Counted from the stretch's first letter, positions 1-10,962 are shown. The stretch is 64,000 bases of DNA from an uncultured Acidobacteriota bacterium (GCA_963788495.1 CAWBGX010000010.1:1076205-1140204), one strand, 5' to 3'. The notes: generated by a model not told the origin, from the letters alone. A program made the numbers and translations.

Positions 1-1089
1 CGGCTGGGCCCGCAGAATGTAGTTGAGGCGGCCTACCGAGGCGGCGCCGCGCTGAAAAATATTGGTTACCCATCCGAGCGCGATCATCGGCCATACCAGG
101 AGGCCGAGATAGGTGTAGAAGGCGATCAGCGCGCCCAACGAAATCTGTCCGCGCAGAAGCTGGTGGCCGCCCTGCCACAGAACGAGCAGGAAGGACGTGC
201 CAATGAGGGCCTGGAGCGAAGGCATGAACATGCTCCAGGTGCGGATCAGCTTGATGTTGCGGTTGACGTACTCGCGATTGGGCGCGTCGAACCCGCGAAT
301 TTCCGCTTCTTCCTGGGCGTAGGCGCGAACCACGCGAACGCCGGAGAGATTTTCCTGGACCTTGGCGGAGAGTGAGGCCAGCGAAGCCTGAATCAGCTCG
401 TACAGGTCGTGGATGACTTTGCCGAAGTGCCGCACGGCGACGAACACGACGGGCACGGGCAGGAGCACCCAAAGCGTGAGGGAAGGAGAGAGCTTAGCCA
501 TGACCGTGACGGCCAGGAGCATGGTGATCAGAGTTTGACCGGTGTACATGATTCCCGGACCGAGCACCATGCGCACGTTGTTCAGGTCGTTGGTGGCGCG
601 GGACATCAGTTCGCCGGTGCGGTTGCGGACGTAAAACTCCGGCTCCAGGAGCAGCAGGCGATCGAACAGGTCGCCGCGCAGATCGAATTCAATGTCGCGG
701 GAGACGCTGATGAGAACCCAACGGGTGGAAAACGAGAGAACGCCTTTCAGGAGAACGCACACGACGAGGATAAGACAATAGATGCCGAGCGCATGGCGGC
801 TGTGCGCGGCATAGAAGGGGACGGCGCGACTCAACCAGGAGGTGGAAATTAGCCCGTGCGTGTCGGTTTCAAAGGGCCGAGCACTGCCCGCAAGAATGTC
901 GGTGATTACGCCGGTGGCCAGGGGAATTATATTTCCGACGATGCTGGTGAGCGCCAGCGCGGCAAGACCCAAAGCGATGGCACCCGGGTATCGCCCGAGA
1001 TAGGGAGCAAGGCCGCGCAGATTTTGCCACGCGGAAGCGATCTCCGGTTTCGTTTTGGCGGCGCTGGCCGTTGTGGTAGTGGTGCTCAT
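1..1089 (-). CDS. ABC exporter, fused permease/ATP-binding protein (N-terminal transmembrane part; runs off window start)
   Basis: Manual minus-strand translation from the ATG at 1089 gives multiple TM helices and the ABC_membrane signature 'SRDIEFDLRGDLFDRLLLLEPEFYVRNRTGELMSRATNDLNNVRM'; ATGA overlap with the upstream gene. Confidence 0.9.
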   Translation of the reverse strand, partial: MSTTTTTASAAKTKPEIASAWQNLRGLAPYLGRYPGAIALGLAALALTSIVGNIIPLATGVITDILAGSARPFETDTHGLISTSWLSRAVPFYAAHSRHALGIYCLILVVCVLLKGVLSFSTRWVLISVSRDIEFDLRGDLFDRLLLLEPEFYVRNRTGELMSRATNDLNNVRMVLGPGIMYTGQTLITMLLAVTVMAKLSPSLTLWVLLPVPVVFVAVRHFGKVIHDLYELIQASLASLSAKVQENLSGVRVVRAYAQEEAEIRGFDAPNREYVNRNIKLIRTWSMFMPSLQALIGTSFLLVLWQGGHQLLRGQISLGALIAFYTYLGLLVWPMIALGWVTNIFQRGAASVGRLNYILRAQP

Positions 1090-1808
1090 CGTAGCCTGGA
1101 TCTTGGAGTCTCTCCCAAGGATGCAGCCTCGTTCAGAAAATGCTCGTAGGTACGATCGAGGGACTGATAACGCTTGGCCGCCGGATTCCAGCGAACACCG
1201 ATGGGCAGCACGTGGGAGTCACCGGTGCCCTTGATCGGCGTGAAATAAAGCTGCAGGCCCTTTTCGGGATCTTGCTCGTACTGCAGGCGCCAGCCGGTGA
1301 TGGGGGAAAGCGGCGTGGAGCCCAAGTAGCCCTTGGCATTTTTCAGGTGTTCGTCGACGCGCAGGATTTCGGACCACTGGCCGTCGTGGTTTTCGGCGAT
1401 GACGGCGCGGGTTACCACCGTTCCCGGGTCGGTATTCTTGGGAGTTCTGGGCACGACATTGGCGACGAGAAATTCCTGCCTTCCGTTTTTGGCGAGATCG
1501 CCGAAGAGCAATACCGTGCTCTCCGTGCCCAGAAGCGATTTCGCCGCGGATTGAATCTCCTCGGGCACGGCGGGCTCCGCGGGCTTGGCCTCGGCGGGTT
1601 CAGCTTTCGGCGTCGGAGCTTCTTGCCCGCAGCCGGCTAGAAAACAAAACGCGCCTAAGATGCTCAGCGAATAGCTCAAGTAAAATCCTGCGCGTTTGAT
1701 CGCGTTGGGTCTCGGGCTTCGCGTAGCGGCCCACGATGGTAAGGACGGCACGGCAGCGTGCTGGTTAGCAGCCGGTTGACGACGATCGCATAGGGTTGAA
1801 GCGCTCAT
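1086..1808 (-). CDS. hypothetical lipoprotein (start uncertain)
   Basis: Hydrophobic stretch ending in lipobox FLAG-C, Pro/Ala linker, then a globular region; stop overlaps the ABC start. Confidence 0.65.
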   Translation of the reverse strand: MSASTLCDRRQPAANQHAAVPSLPSWAATRSPRPNAIKRAGFYLSYSLSILGAFCFLAGCGQEAPTPKAEPAEAKPAEPAVPEEIQSAAKSLLGTESTVLLFGDLAKNGRQEFLVANVVPRTPKNTDPGTVVTRAVIAENHDGQWSEILRVDEHLKNAKGYLGSTPLSPITGWRLQYEQDPEKGLQLYFTPIKGTGDSHVLPIGVRWNPAAKRYQSLDRTYEHFLNEAASLGETPRSRLR

Positions 1809-2028
1809 GAAATGAATTGCACCGCCAGGAGAGTTTTGGTGACGTGGCCCGGCGGTGCGTCCTTTTCTAGCCAGCGGAGAAGTCCGATCATCCGCGGCAG
1901 GTTTAACCGGCCCACGCAGGGCGCCGCAAATCAATTCTAGCTGTTGCCCGGCCTTCCGGGAAGGTCTCGTGAAGACCTGGTTGCGGAACGGTCGCGCTGC
2001 CTCGCAGAGTCGCGGCAGGTCTGTAACG

Positions 2029-2709
2029 CTAACGCTGCGCCAGGATGGCGTCCAACCGAGCTTCAAAATTTTCCTCACCCTCGGACCATAGTTCGCTGCG
2101 CTCGACGGGCAGTGCGGCTTCGATGGCTTCCACCCAACGGAACAACTGTTGGATGTTCTCGCGGGTCTTGGCGTGATATTCCTTCAGGTTGCCGCCGGCG
2201 GCCATCCAGCGGCGGAAGGTGTGCTCGACGGGATGGTCCGAGGACGCGAAGGGATTGGAGGCGGCGCCCGGCGCCAACAGGCCGCCGTGCCCGGTAAAAA
2301 AGTGCTCGAAGCCGAGGTCCGCGGCGAAATGGCCGGCAGTGGCCGCCAGCCCGTCGTCGTATTCGAGGCCATGGCAAATCAGCGCGAGCGGCTGGGGTTC
2401 GTGGCGCCAGCTCAGGGTTTCGACGTCGAGGCCCCAGAGGTCCCACCTGGCGTTTACGAAGTAAGCGGTATCGGGGTGAAGATACTGGGCCGCCAGGGCG
2501 GCCACCTCCGGCGGGCCGTAGCCCTGTTCGCGCAGGTCCCACTCGGCGATGGCCGGCTCGGTGGCGTTCACCGGTTGCACAATCAATTCGGAAAGGGCGT
2601 TTTGCGACGCCGAGAGGGGCGCGGTGGTCAGGTAGCGCGCAAACTCGGGAATCATGGTGGATTCGGAGAAGTCGCGGGTCCACACACGCAGATAGGCACG
2701 ATTGGCCAT
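2029..2709 (-). CDS. hypothetical protein
   Basis: 226-aa ORF with protein-like composition; TATAAT about 18 nt upstream. Confidence 0.75.
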   Translation of the reverse strand: MANRAYLRVWTRDFSESTMIPEFARYLTTAPLSASQNALSELIVQPVNATEPAIAEWDLREQGYGPPEVAALAAQYLHPDTAYFVNARWDLWGLDVETLSWRHEPQPLALICHGLEYDDGLAATAGHFAADLGFEHFFTGHGGLLAPGAASNPFASSDHPVEHTFRRWMAAGGNLKEYHAKTRENIQQLFRWVEAIEAALPVERSELWSEGEENFEARLDAILAQR

Positions 2710-2785
2710 AAGGGTTAGAACCTAGAGATTATACGGGTTCTAGAGGATAGAGGCGAACCACAGGGAATTTCGGATGGCCGAGTTT

Positions 2786-5623
2786 TCAGGACCCTAGGCG
2801 AGGTCCAGACGCGTTCACGGTCGACCCCAGCTGCTGCAGCCGCTCGCGCAACGCCTCCCCCAGGTCGGCAAAAACCTTGGTGCAAGTTTCGCGGAGTTTC
2901 TCTTCGGCAGTGGCTGCGATTCCGGAGACAACCTCGCGCCATTGGTGGTCCAAGGAGGTCACCGTGGCGAGCATCCACTGGTTGGAGACATTGTCGAGGC
3001 GGTCGCGATAGTGTTCGGCGGCTTGTTCGCCGAGCCGGGTGTAGATGTCCTGCATCTCCACCTGGTGGATGTCGGTCATGGACTTCCAGGACTTGAGAAG
3101 GGGTTCAAAGCCGGCTTGCACCTTGAGGTTGGCGTTCACTACGCCGGTTTCCACGACATCGTTCATCGCGGATTGGAAGCGGCGCAGGAATTCCTCCTGC
3201 TCGGTGGTGACCCTTTGGGCTAGTTCGACGCGCGCGGACTCCATCTGGGACTGGGTTGCGGACGCGGACTTCTGCAATTCCGCTTCAAATCCGTCGAGAT
3301 CCTGGCGCGCGTGGCGCTGAATTTCGTCGATGAAGGCTGCCGAGGTGGTGTCCGCGGCTTCGGCGAACAGAGCTCGCGCGCGGTCGAAGGAATCGGTGAC
3401 CAGGTCCGCTAACTGCGTCTGGCCATAACTTACAAAATTATGGCTGGATTGATCCATTTCGACCGCGAATTCACCGGAGATTTCGCCGGCCTTTTCGCGC
3501 AACTGGGTCCCGGCCTGTTCGCTGATCTTTTCCGAAACGGCCTGAATCTGGGTCTGGGCTCTTTTCTCGTACCACTCGGCGGACTTGAGAAGCTCTTCCA
3601 CCGTCTGGTGCTTCACGCTTTCCGCTTTGGCCTCCAGGTCGGCCAGGTTCTTGGTGGTGACCGCTTCTGCGGACTGGTGCAAGAGTTGTTCCACGCTGCC
3701 GAGATTGCCGCGGAACTTCTCCAGGGCCTCGGCAAAGGCCTCATCGGTCACGGTGCGAATGCGGTCTTGCTGAAGCGCCAGGGTGGCGTCCACCAAAGAG
3801 CGGCTCCCGGCCAAACGCTGCATGGCTTCTTCGGTTTTCGAAATGTGCGGCTGCACCAGGGAGTCCATCTGCTGGCTAAAGTTGGAAGCGGCTTGACGGC
3901 TGGATTCCTCGAATGCTCCGCGGATGCGCACGGCGATTTCGTCGAAAATCGATTCCGAGCGCCGATGCAGTTCGTTGCGGTGCAGGCTGAGCACATCGTC
4001 GACTTGCGACTGAAAACCGATCAGGGCCTGTTGCTGGGCCATTTCCAGGCGGACGGAAAGCTGCTCCAGCCGCTCGGAGGCCTCGGCGGCGCGAGCCAGG
4101 GCTGCTTCCATGCGTTCGCTGTGCGCCTGGATCGATTCGCGAAGCCCGGCGAGCTGTTGCTCGGACTGACTCGCGGCGCCACTCGCGGCTTCCCGGAAAG
4201 TGCCGGCGAGGCGCTCGGATTCTTGCTGGAACTGCGATAACAGGGTGTTGGCGCGCTCGTTGAGTGAGCCTGAGGCACGCTCCTGCGCCGCGGACAGGGC
4301 GGTGTCGACGGCCGTCTGCCAACGTGCTTGCGCCGCTTCCGTTTCCTGGGCTACGTGGCTTTGCCAGGTCGATTGCGTGGAAGCCAGCGTTGCGGCCATC
4401 TGCTGCTGAATTTCGTTGGCCGCCGCGGCGAGCGAGTCCTTTTGCGAGGCTAGTGTTTCCTCGCGTTGGCGCACTGCGGCATCGACCGCGACGTGCGTGG
4501 CGTCGGCGCTGGCGGCGATTTGGGCGGTGGACTGCTCGACACACTCGCGGAGCCGCGAGGTAGTCTCCTCGGCTTGCTGGCAGACGGCGCGCAGCGTCTC
4601 CAAAGCATCGGTCAGTTGCTGGGCTTGCTCGTTGCGTTGTGCCAGACCGGCTTCGGAAAGCTTGGCGGTCAAATCGCGGGTTAGCTCTTCCAGTTGCGGG
4701 GCCACTTTCTGAGGCAAATCGTGCTGCATGGCCTCGGCAGCGTCGTGGGCTGCGCGGCTGCGGGCATCGGATTCCTCTTCCATCTTGCGCAGCGCGTCGG
4801 ACAATGTTTTTGCCAGCTCTTCGCGCGCGGTTGTGAGCTTTTGTTCCCATTGCTCGGCGCTGACCTGCCGCTCGGCGGAAACCGCCTGCCCCGCAGCTTC
4901 GCGCGCGGCGGCTTGAATCTGTTGGCGGGCGTCGGCGAGCAACCGGGTGACCTGCCGGGCCAATTGCAACGAGGCATCCGTCGCGCTTGCCGGGGAAGGG
5001 AAGACGCGCACTTTGTCGGCACTGCCGGCGGCCGGAAAATCGGGTTCGGTAAGAGAAACATGAAACTCCGAATCCGATGTGGGTGCCTGCGCTGGCGGCG
5101 GCACGTGGTACGGTGCGGGGCTGCTAGCCGGCAACGCGGCGGGCGCTGCGCCCGTTGCCGCGCCCGCTGCCGCGTTTTGCGCTTTTTCCGGTTCGTTATA
5201 GGGGAACCAATCCTCTGGAGGAAACGCGATGCCCCACGCGTTGCCCGGAGCTTCGAGTTCCAGCGCTACTTGGAAGAGTTGCCGCACGGTGCGGGGGCGT
5301 TGGATCCACGCGACCCGGCCGCGTATGGCGCGCGGGGCCTGGTCCGCGTCAGGGTGCGGGATTTCCAGCCGGACCCACATGTTTTTCAGGACGTAATGCT
5401 TGGACTGGTAGCGGCAACCGTGGCAATTCAGGATCAGCGAAGAGGTGCGCTCGACGAAGGGCCGGCCGAGGGCGTCCACGCCGGTCACTTGCAGCGGAAC
5501 AGCTTGCACGATGCGGGTGCTACGACGCTTGCGCAGTTCCCCGCTGGCGTTGGCTACCGCGTCCGACATCATGTCACTGGTCTCGCTGGTCGCATCGGCA
5601 AGGTGTCTGCCAAGATCATCCAT
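2786..5623 (-). CDS. PilZ-like domain protein with very long coiled-coil tail
   Basis: N-terminal RRSTR (RxxxR) ... NCHG ([D/N]xxxG-like) beta domain, Pro/Ala linker, then about 700 aa rich in A/E/Q/L. Confidence 0.75.
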   Translation of the reverse strand: MDDLGRHLADATSETSDMMSDAVANASGELRKRRSTRIVQAVPLQVTGVDALGRPFVERTSSLILNCHGCRYQSKHYVLKNMWVRLEIPHPDADQAPRAIRGRVAWIQRPRTVRQLFQVALELEAPGNAWGIAFPPEDWFPYNEPEKAQNAAAGAATGAAPAALPASSPAPYHVPPPAQAPTSDSEFHVSLTEPDFPAAGSADKVRVFPSPASATDASLQLARQVTRLLADARQQIQAAAREAAGQAVSAERQVSAEQWEQKLTTAREELAKTLSDALRKMEEESDARSRAAHDAAEAMQHDLPQKVAPQLEELTRDLTAKLSEAGLAQRNEQAQQLTDALETLRAVCQQAEETTSRLRECVEQSTAQIAASADATHVAVDAAVRQREETLASQKDSLAAAANEIQQQMAATLASTQSTWQSHVAQETEAAQARWQTAVDTALSAAQERASGSLNERANTLLSQFQQESERLAGTFREAASGAASQSEQQLAGLRESIQAHSERMEAALARAAEASERLEQLSVRLEMAQQQALIGFQSQVDDVLSLHRNELHRRSESIFDEIAVRIRGAFEESSRQAASNFSQQMDSLVQPHISKTEEAMQRLAGSRSLVDATLALQQDRIRTVTDEAFAEALEKFRGNLGSVEQLLHQSAEAVTTKNLADLEAKAESVKHQTVEELLKSAEWYEKRAQTQIQAVSEKISEQAGTQLREKAGEISGEFAVEMDQSSHNFVSYGQTQLADLVTDSFDRARALFAEAADTTSAAFIDEIQRHARQDLDGFEAELQKSASATQSQMESARVELAQRVTTEQEEFLRRFQSAMNDVVETGVVNANLKVQAGFEPLLKSWKSMTDIHQVEMQDIYTRLGEQAAEHYRDRLDNVSNQWMLATVTSLDHQWREVVSGIAATAEEKLRETCTKVFADLGEALRERLQQLGSTVNASGPRLGS

Positions 5624-5664
5624 GGGTGGGGCCGCCTTCTTAAGTCGCGAGCAGGTCGCGCTAG

Positions 5665-5995
5665 CTAAGTCCGTTTAGTCTGAGTGGGTTCCGGCGCCGC
5701 GGCAGGGTGCGTTCCGGTCAGGAACATCCACATTTCCTTGGCCACCCAGATGGGTCCAACGAGCAAATAGACAGGTCCCTGGAAAAACGCCGGATGGTTG
5801 CCTTCAATGCGGTGCCCCAGGAACAAAAACACCCATCCGCCCACGAAAAAACCGGCATCCCCAGACCCATCTGGTGAAGATTAACAGGATAATCCCGGCA
5901 AAAATCATGGGAATGCCGACGCCGTGAAGCAGCTTGTTCCAGCCCGAGGAGTGCTCGTGGTCGTATTGCGCCATGTAGCTTGCGAGGCCCGGCAT
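5665..5995 (-). CDS. DUF962/Mpo1-like membrane protein, frameshifted near 5858
   Basis: 'YDHEH..NKLLHGVGIP' continues in the +1 frame as 'GFFVGGWVFLFLGHRIEGNHPAFFQGPVYLLVGP' to a stop at 5665. Confidence 0.75.
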
Positions 5996-6095
5996 TGCAA
6001 ACTCCTGTGTGGGGACAGGTGCCGCAGAACAGAACTGTATACCCAAATTACGTAAATGGCTAGGGTGTATGGACGTGCAACGGTGGAAAACTCGG

Positions 6096-6695
6096 TTACA
6101 AATCGCGGCGGCCTTCCATGGCTTTCAGCATGGTGACTTCGTCGGCGTACTCAAGGTCCGCGCCCACCGGGATGCCCACGCCGATGCGGGTGACCCGAAC
6201 GCCCAGCGGCTTCAGCAGTTTCGAGATGTATACGGCGGTGGCTTCGCCTTCGGCGGTGGGATTGGTGGCGATGATGATCTCCTCGACGGTGCCTTCCTTC
6301 AGGCGCTCGATAAGCGACTTGATCTTAAGCTGCTCCGGCCCGCGCCCTTGCAGGGGCGACAGCGCCCCGCCCAGCACGTGATACATGCCGCTGTAGGTGC
6401 GGGTTCTTTCGATGGCCAGAATGTTGTGGGCCTCTTCCACCACGCAGATCGTTTTGTGGCTGCGCGTCGGCCCGACGCAATACAGGCATGGATTGGTGTC
6501 CGTAATGTTGTGGCACACCGAGCATTCGCGGATCTTTTCCTTGGCGTCGCGAATGGCGTCGGCCAGCGCCAGAGCATCTTCCGGCGCGGCACGCAGCAGG
6601 TGAAACGCCAGGCGCTGCGCGGTTTTCTGTCCGATACCAGGGAGATGCTTCAACTCGTCGATCAGGCGTTCCACGGGAGCGGCAAAATCAGGCAT
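6096..6695 (-). CDS. recR: recombination mediator RecR
   Basis: [15 protein letters not shown] HhH motif, CSVC..CLYC Zn finger, Toprim '[12 protein letters not shown]'. Confidence 0.98.
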   Translation of the reverse strand: MPDFAAPVERLIDELKHLPGIGQKTAQRLAFHLLRAAPEDALALADAIRDAKEKIRECSVCHNITDTNPCLYCVGPTRSHKTICVVEEAHNILAIERTRTYSGMYHVLGGALSPLQGRGPEQLKIKSLIERLKEGTVEEIIIATNPTAEGEATAVYISKLLKPLGVRVTRIGVGIPVGADLEYADEVTMLKAMEGRRDL

Positions 6696-6868
6696 GCTTG
6701 ATGTGTAGCACAGCCGCGCGGCCCGGCGCAAACCGGCGGCGTGCGGCCGACATGTCAAAGTTCTAGCTTGGCGAAAAATTGCTGCGGAATTTACCGGGGA
6801 GAGATTTTGCAGAGAACTCTTGCGATGCAAATCTACGGAAGGGAATCCTGCGGCAAGCCGGTACGGAT

Positions 6869-7195
6869 TTAGAAGAGGCCGGGAATTTTCAAGCCGGCCA
6901 TGCCGGGAATGTTGCCGGAGAGATTCTTCATCTGGTTGGCTAGTTCTTCATCTACGCGCCGAGAAGCTTCATTGACGGCCGCGCGCACCAGATCTTGCAG
7001 CATTTCCTGATCTTTGCTGGCGAAAACATCCGGCTCGATGCGCACGTCCACGATTTGCTTCTGGCCGTTCATTCGCACCTGGACCATGCCGCCGCCCGCC
7101 GAGGCTTCTACCGTCACGGAATTTACCTGCCGCTGCAGATCCTCTTGCAACTGCTTGAACCGCGAAAGCATTTGTTGGAGAGCGCTGACTTCCAT
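6869..7195 (-). CDS. ybaB: YbaB/EbfC nucleoid-associated protein
   Basis: '[14 protein letters not shown]', '[14 protein letters not shown]'; dnaX-ybaB-recR synteny. Confidence 0.95.
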   Translation of the reverse strand: MEVSALQQMLSRFKQLQEDLQRQVNSVTVEASAGGGMVQVRMNGQKQIVDVRIEPDVFASKDQEMLQDLVRAAVNEASRRVDEELANQMKNLSGNIPGMAGLKIPGLF

Positions 7196-9013
7196 CAGGA
7201 TTCCCCTGGGCGATGCTTCACTTCGGTGATCTTCCCGCCGAAGCGCTGCAGCATCGACTTCACCATCGGATCGCGCTCGAACTGGGCCCGCAAATCTTGC
7301 GCGCCCGATCCCGCGCCGGATGCCGACGCAGCCGCCGCTGCAACTGCTTCGAGTTTAGCACAGACTCGCACGGGGCGGCCCAGCACCTTGCTCGAAACGC
7401 CACGGATCTTCTCGAGCGACTCGCGGCCTTCGAGCATTTCCGCGAACGGGCGGTTTTTCGGCGCAAAATAAATGCGCAATTCCGCGCCTTCCAGTTCCCA
7501 TCGGCTGCTGTGTTCGACAAGTTCACCGAGAAATTTTTGCTGGGCCTGGAGCGCGCTCTTGATCTCCGCGACTTGTTCGCTGGTCAAGCCGCTTGCTTGT
7601 GCTGCGACAAGAACGCTTGGCGCCAGCGAGTCTTCTTGTTCGGAAGAAGTGTCCATCGTTCCGGGCGATGCGGAAGTGATGGGCACGACAGTGGGCGATT
7701 CCGTGCGGCGGTTTTGCTTCCGTGCGCAATGGCACTGGTGTGATGGAGGCCGGCGCCGGTCTTTGTGGTACCGGCGCGAACGCAACCGGCGCAGCGGGCG
7801 AGGCGTCGCGCCGCGGCGCGAGCGGCACTGGCGCAGGTACAGCGCTCCGCGAAGAACCAGCACTGGCGCTCGCTGCCGGAACACCGCCGCGAAGATCCGC
7901 CAGCAACTCTTCGAGCGGGGCCAGTCGCGAGGCGTTGATCAGCCGCAGCAAGCCCATCTCCAGATGCACGCGCGGATCGGGCTTGCGCCGCAAATCGTCG
8001 TCGGTCTGCAATAAAATTTGAAAGAAGCGCGTCAAATCTTCTTCGCCGAACTGCTCGGCGGCGCGCGCCAGCGCGGGCCGCTGATCCGGGGTGGCCGCAA
8101 TTAAATCCGAATCCGCGCCGCATACGCGCGCGATCAGCAGGTTGCGCATGTGCCGAATGGCCTCCCGGCAAAAATGTTGCAGGTTGCGACCTTCCTTCTG
8201 AAAGGTGTGCACCAGGCCCAGCGCGCGATCCGCGGAGGCCGACGCAATCGCGCCGACAAGTTCCTCCAAGGCATCGTCCGGCACCACGCCGAGCAGTTCG
8301 CGTACTTCCTTGTCGGGAATGGTGTCGCCGCAATACGCGCGAGCTTGTTCCAGCAGCGACAGCGCGTCGCGCAGGCTGCCTTCCGCCATGCGCGCAATCA
8401 CCGCCAGCGCGCCGGGCTCGATGGTCAGATTTTCCTTGCGCGCGATCTCTTCGAGGCGCCCGGTAATTTCCGCGAAGGTCAGCGCGCGAAAATGAAAGTG
8501 CTGCGACCTGGATCGAATGGTGTCGACCAGGTTTTCCGGCTCGGTGGTGGCCATCACAAAAATTACGCGGTCCGGAGGTTCTTCGAGGGTCTTCAGCAGG
8601 GCATTCGATGCTTCCCCCGTCAGCATGTGCGCTTCGTCGAGGATCACGACTTTGCTGCGCGACGCGGCCGGAGCGTAGCGCACCATCTCGCGCAGCTCGC
8701 GAATCTGGTCGATGCCGCGATTGGAGGCCGCGTCAATTTCGATGACGTCGAGCGAGGTCCCCGCGGCGATTTCTTTGCACGAATCGCATTCGCCGCACGG
8801 TTCGGGGGTCGGCCCATTCACGCAATTCAGCGCCTTCGCCAAAATTCGCGCCGCAGTGGTTTTTCCAACGCCGCGCGCTCCCGAAAAAATGTAGGCGTGC
8901 GCCACGCGATTATTGCGGATGGCATTACCCAAAGTTTCCGTGACGTGGGTTTGCCCCACCAGATCGTTGAAAGTCTGCGGCCGCCACTTGCGTGCGATAA
9001 CTTGATAGCTCAT
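7195..9013 (-). CDS. dnaX: DNA polymerase III subunit gamma/tau, frameshifted near 7705-7710
   Basis: MSYQVIARKWRPQTF, Walker A GARGVGKT, DEAHML, TIRSRS. Frame 0 stops at 7523; a tau-like C-terminus ('DPMVKSMLQRFGGKI') lies in the +1 frame ending at 7195. Confidence 0.95.
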
Positions 9014-9098
9014 AGCGTGAGAAGGATCATGGATGACTTGCGTTGCACCGCCGGCCGCTCTGGCTTGAAAACGCGAGAGCGGCGACTGCGCGGCGCGA

Positions 9099-9202
9099 GG
9101 AACTTCGGGTGATCTGCGGCACCCGAGGCGTTCCCGATACCGTTGCTCCCTTCCGGGCCTGGCGGGGTTCGCGGGACCTCGTTGCACAGAGCCCGAAGCT
9201 CC
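9099..9202 (-). ncRNA. ffs: signal recognition particle RNA (4.5S)
   Basis: Minus strand contains the helix-8 motif GCCAGGCCCGGAAGGGAGCAAC inside a long hairpin (GGAGCTTCGGG...CCCGAAGTTCC; pairing extends to about 9082/9218); canonical position upstream of dnaX. Confidence 0.95.
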
Positions 9203-9351
9203 ACGCGCCGGCAGTCGCGCAGCGTCGCGGGACTGCAATGCTAAGTCTAGCACACAGAAGTTGCCGCAGTTTCAAGGGCGCACTGCGAACGCGGAGGGTG
9301 TTGCCCTCGCAAACGGACCAACGTGCCCGTTCGCGCACCAACTTATCCACA

Positions 9352-9843
9352 TTATGGTTTCGCCGCGGGCGCGTCAGGAGGGCTAACGTCCGCGGGATTG
9401 ACCCAATTCACTTTAAAAGGCCCCATGCCGTGAACTTGCACGATGGTTTCGCCCTTGGACATGGCGAAATGGCGCATCTCTTTGGGCATCGATATGAAAT
9501 TTCCGACGTTCATCGTTTGCAGACTTGTTTCATCAAACTTTTCTCCCATGCCGACGAGAAACGTTCCCTTGAGCACGGTTACATTTTCGTCCGTAGGATG
9601 CCAGTGCGCCGGAACCTTGGAGCCGTCGGCACACCGCAAGCGAATCACGAACGGCGCACCCTCGGCACTCGCATCGCCCGCAACCGAAGCCAGGTCGCAC
9701 CCCTTTATGATCGGCGTCCACTTCAATTCTCCAGAGCGCACGATTTTGTGGGACGCTGCCGTCTCCTGGCTGTAAACGCGCCCGCCAAACACCGCAACAC
9801 CGGCCAACAGCGCGCAAACACCAACCAGACCCTTCTTTTTCAT
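9352..9843 (-). CDS. secreted cupin-domain protein
   Basis: Signal peptide; 'PAHWHPTDENVTVLKG' and 'MPKEMRHFA' cupin motifs; GGAGG SD. Confidence 0.85.
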   Translation of the reverse strand: MKKKGLVGVCALLAGVAVFGGRVYSQETAASHKIVRSGELKWTPIIKGCDLASVAGDASAEGAPFVIRLRCADGSKVPAHWHPTDENVTVLKGTFLVGMGEKFDETSLQTMNVGNFISMPKEMRHFAMSKGETIVQVHGMGPFKVNWVNPADVSPPDAPAAKP

Positions 9844-10178
9844 GGGAATTCCTCCGTCGAAAACAACTTGCGGCAACCATACCGTTCTCGCCGCTCCAGA
9901 AGCAAGGCGTCAATTAGAATTTTCCTGACAGTCCCAAGTTTTCGGCTCTATCGGGGCAATCCGGTATGCCGCACGCGACACATTCCAGAAAATGCTTGCC
10001 CCATCGAAGAAAAAGTGAAGTAGACTTTCGCCCGGATGGAGTTCCTCCCCATCCACCCCGCGTTTCGCGCAACGAAACACCGGGTCCGCGGCGCCAGCGG
10101 AATGTCACCGAGGCATCGCCTGGGTGTCGCCCCACGACACGGGGCCAGCCTGCACCACGGTGCGGGCAGGAGGAATCA

Positions 10179-10865
10179 ATGAAAAAATTGCTGTCTTCGA
10201 TTTTGGTTCTCGCGCTGGTTTCCACGTTGGTACCCGCATCCTTTGCCGAACCGCATCAGGTTCTGCAAGGAACTCAAGTGCACCTGACTCTCTTGAACGC
10301 CATCAGCACCTCGGCCTCCCGGGACGGCGATCCCTTCGTAGCGGTGGTCGCGGAGCCGGTGCTGCTCGGCAATCAGTTGCTGATTCCCGCCGGCGCACGC
10401 GTCAACGGCGTGGTTGGCACCATCGCCGCTCCCCGTCACTTTGCCATGATTCGCGGCGAAGCCTATATGAACCTCACTTTTCGTTCCCTGGAAGTGGACA
10501 GCCGGGTGATCCCGGTGCACATGAGCATCATCGCCATCGAGCAGCCGGGCCAAGCCAACGAAAAACCTCGTAAGGACATGAAGGTCGAAGAGGGTGCGCT
10601 GCTGCAGGAAAAGCACGATTATAAAGGCGACGTCCTGGCGGCCACCATCGGCACCGGCGGGGCTTCCATGGTCGGCTTGCTGTTCAGCCACGTGGTGCGC
10701 GGCTTCGGCATTGGCCTGGCCGGCAGCGCGGCGTACATCGTTTCCCGCAAGGGCAAGGATGTGGAACTCCCGGTGCAGTCCGGCATCCTGGTGCGCATGG
10801 ACAACACCATCACCGTTCCGGTGACGACCGCCACCAACAACTCCGCCGCCACCGGCAGCCGCTGA
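10179..10865 (+). CDS. secreted hypothetical protein (VirB10/TrbI-like beta fold with Gly-rich hairpin)
   Basis: Signal peptide; 'GTQVHLTLLNAISTSASRDGDPFVAVVAEPV..LIPAGARVNG'; AGGAGG SD. Confidence 0.65.
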   Translation: MKKLLSSILVLALVSTLVPASFAEPHQVLQGTQVHLTLLNAISTSASRDGDPFVAVVAEPVLLGNQLLIPAGARVNGVVGTIAAPRHFAMIRGEAYMNLTFRSLEVDSRVIPVHMSIIAIEQPGQANEKPRKDMKVEEGALLQEKHDYKGDVLAATIGTGGASMVGLLFSHVVRGFGIGLAGSAAYIVSRKGKDVELPVQSGILVRMDNTITVPVTTATNNSAATGSR

Positions 10866-10962
10866 AGCCTTTCGGAAAAAGAATGCGCCACTCGCTGCGA
10901 AAACGCGCGGCGAGTAGCGCAGCAGTGCTACCCGGCTAAAGTTTTGCCCGAAGCTCTCCGGG

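Noticed and set aside
1810-2028. Possible tmRNA or other ncRNA between the hypothetical genes
   Set aside because: No tRNA-like ends, tag reading frame or other recognisable motif
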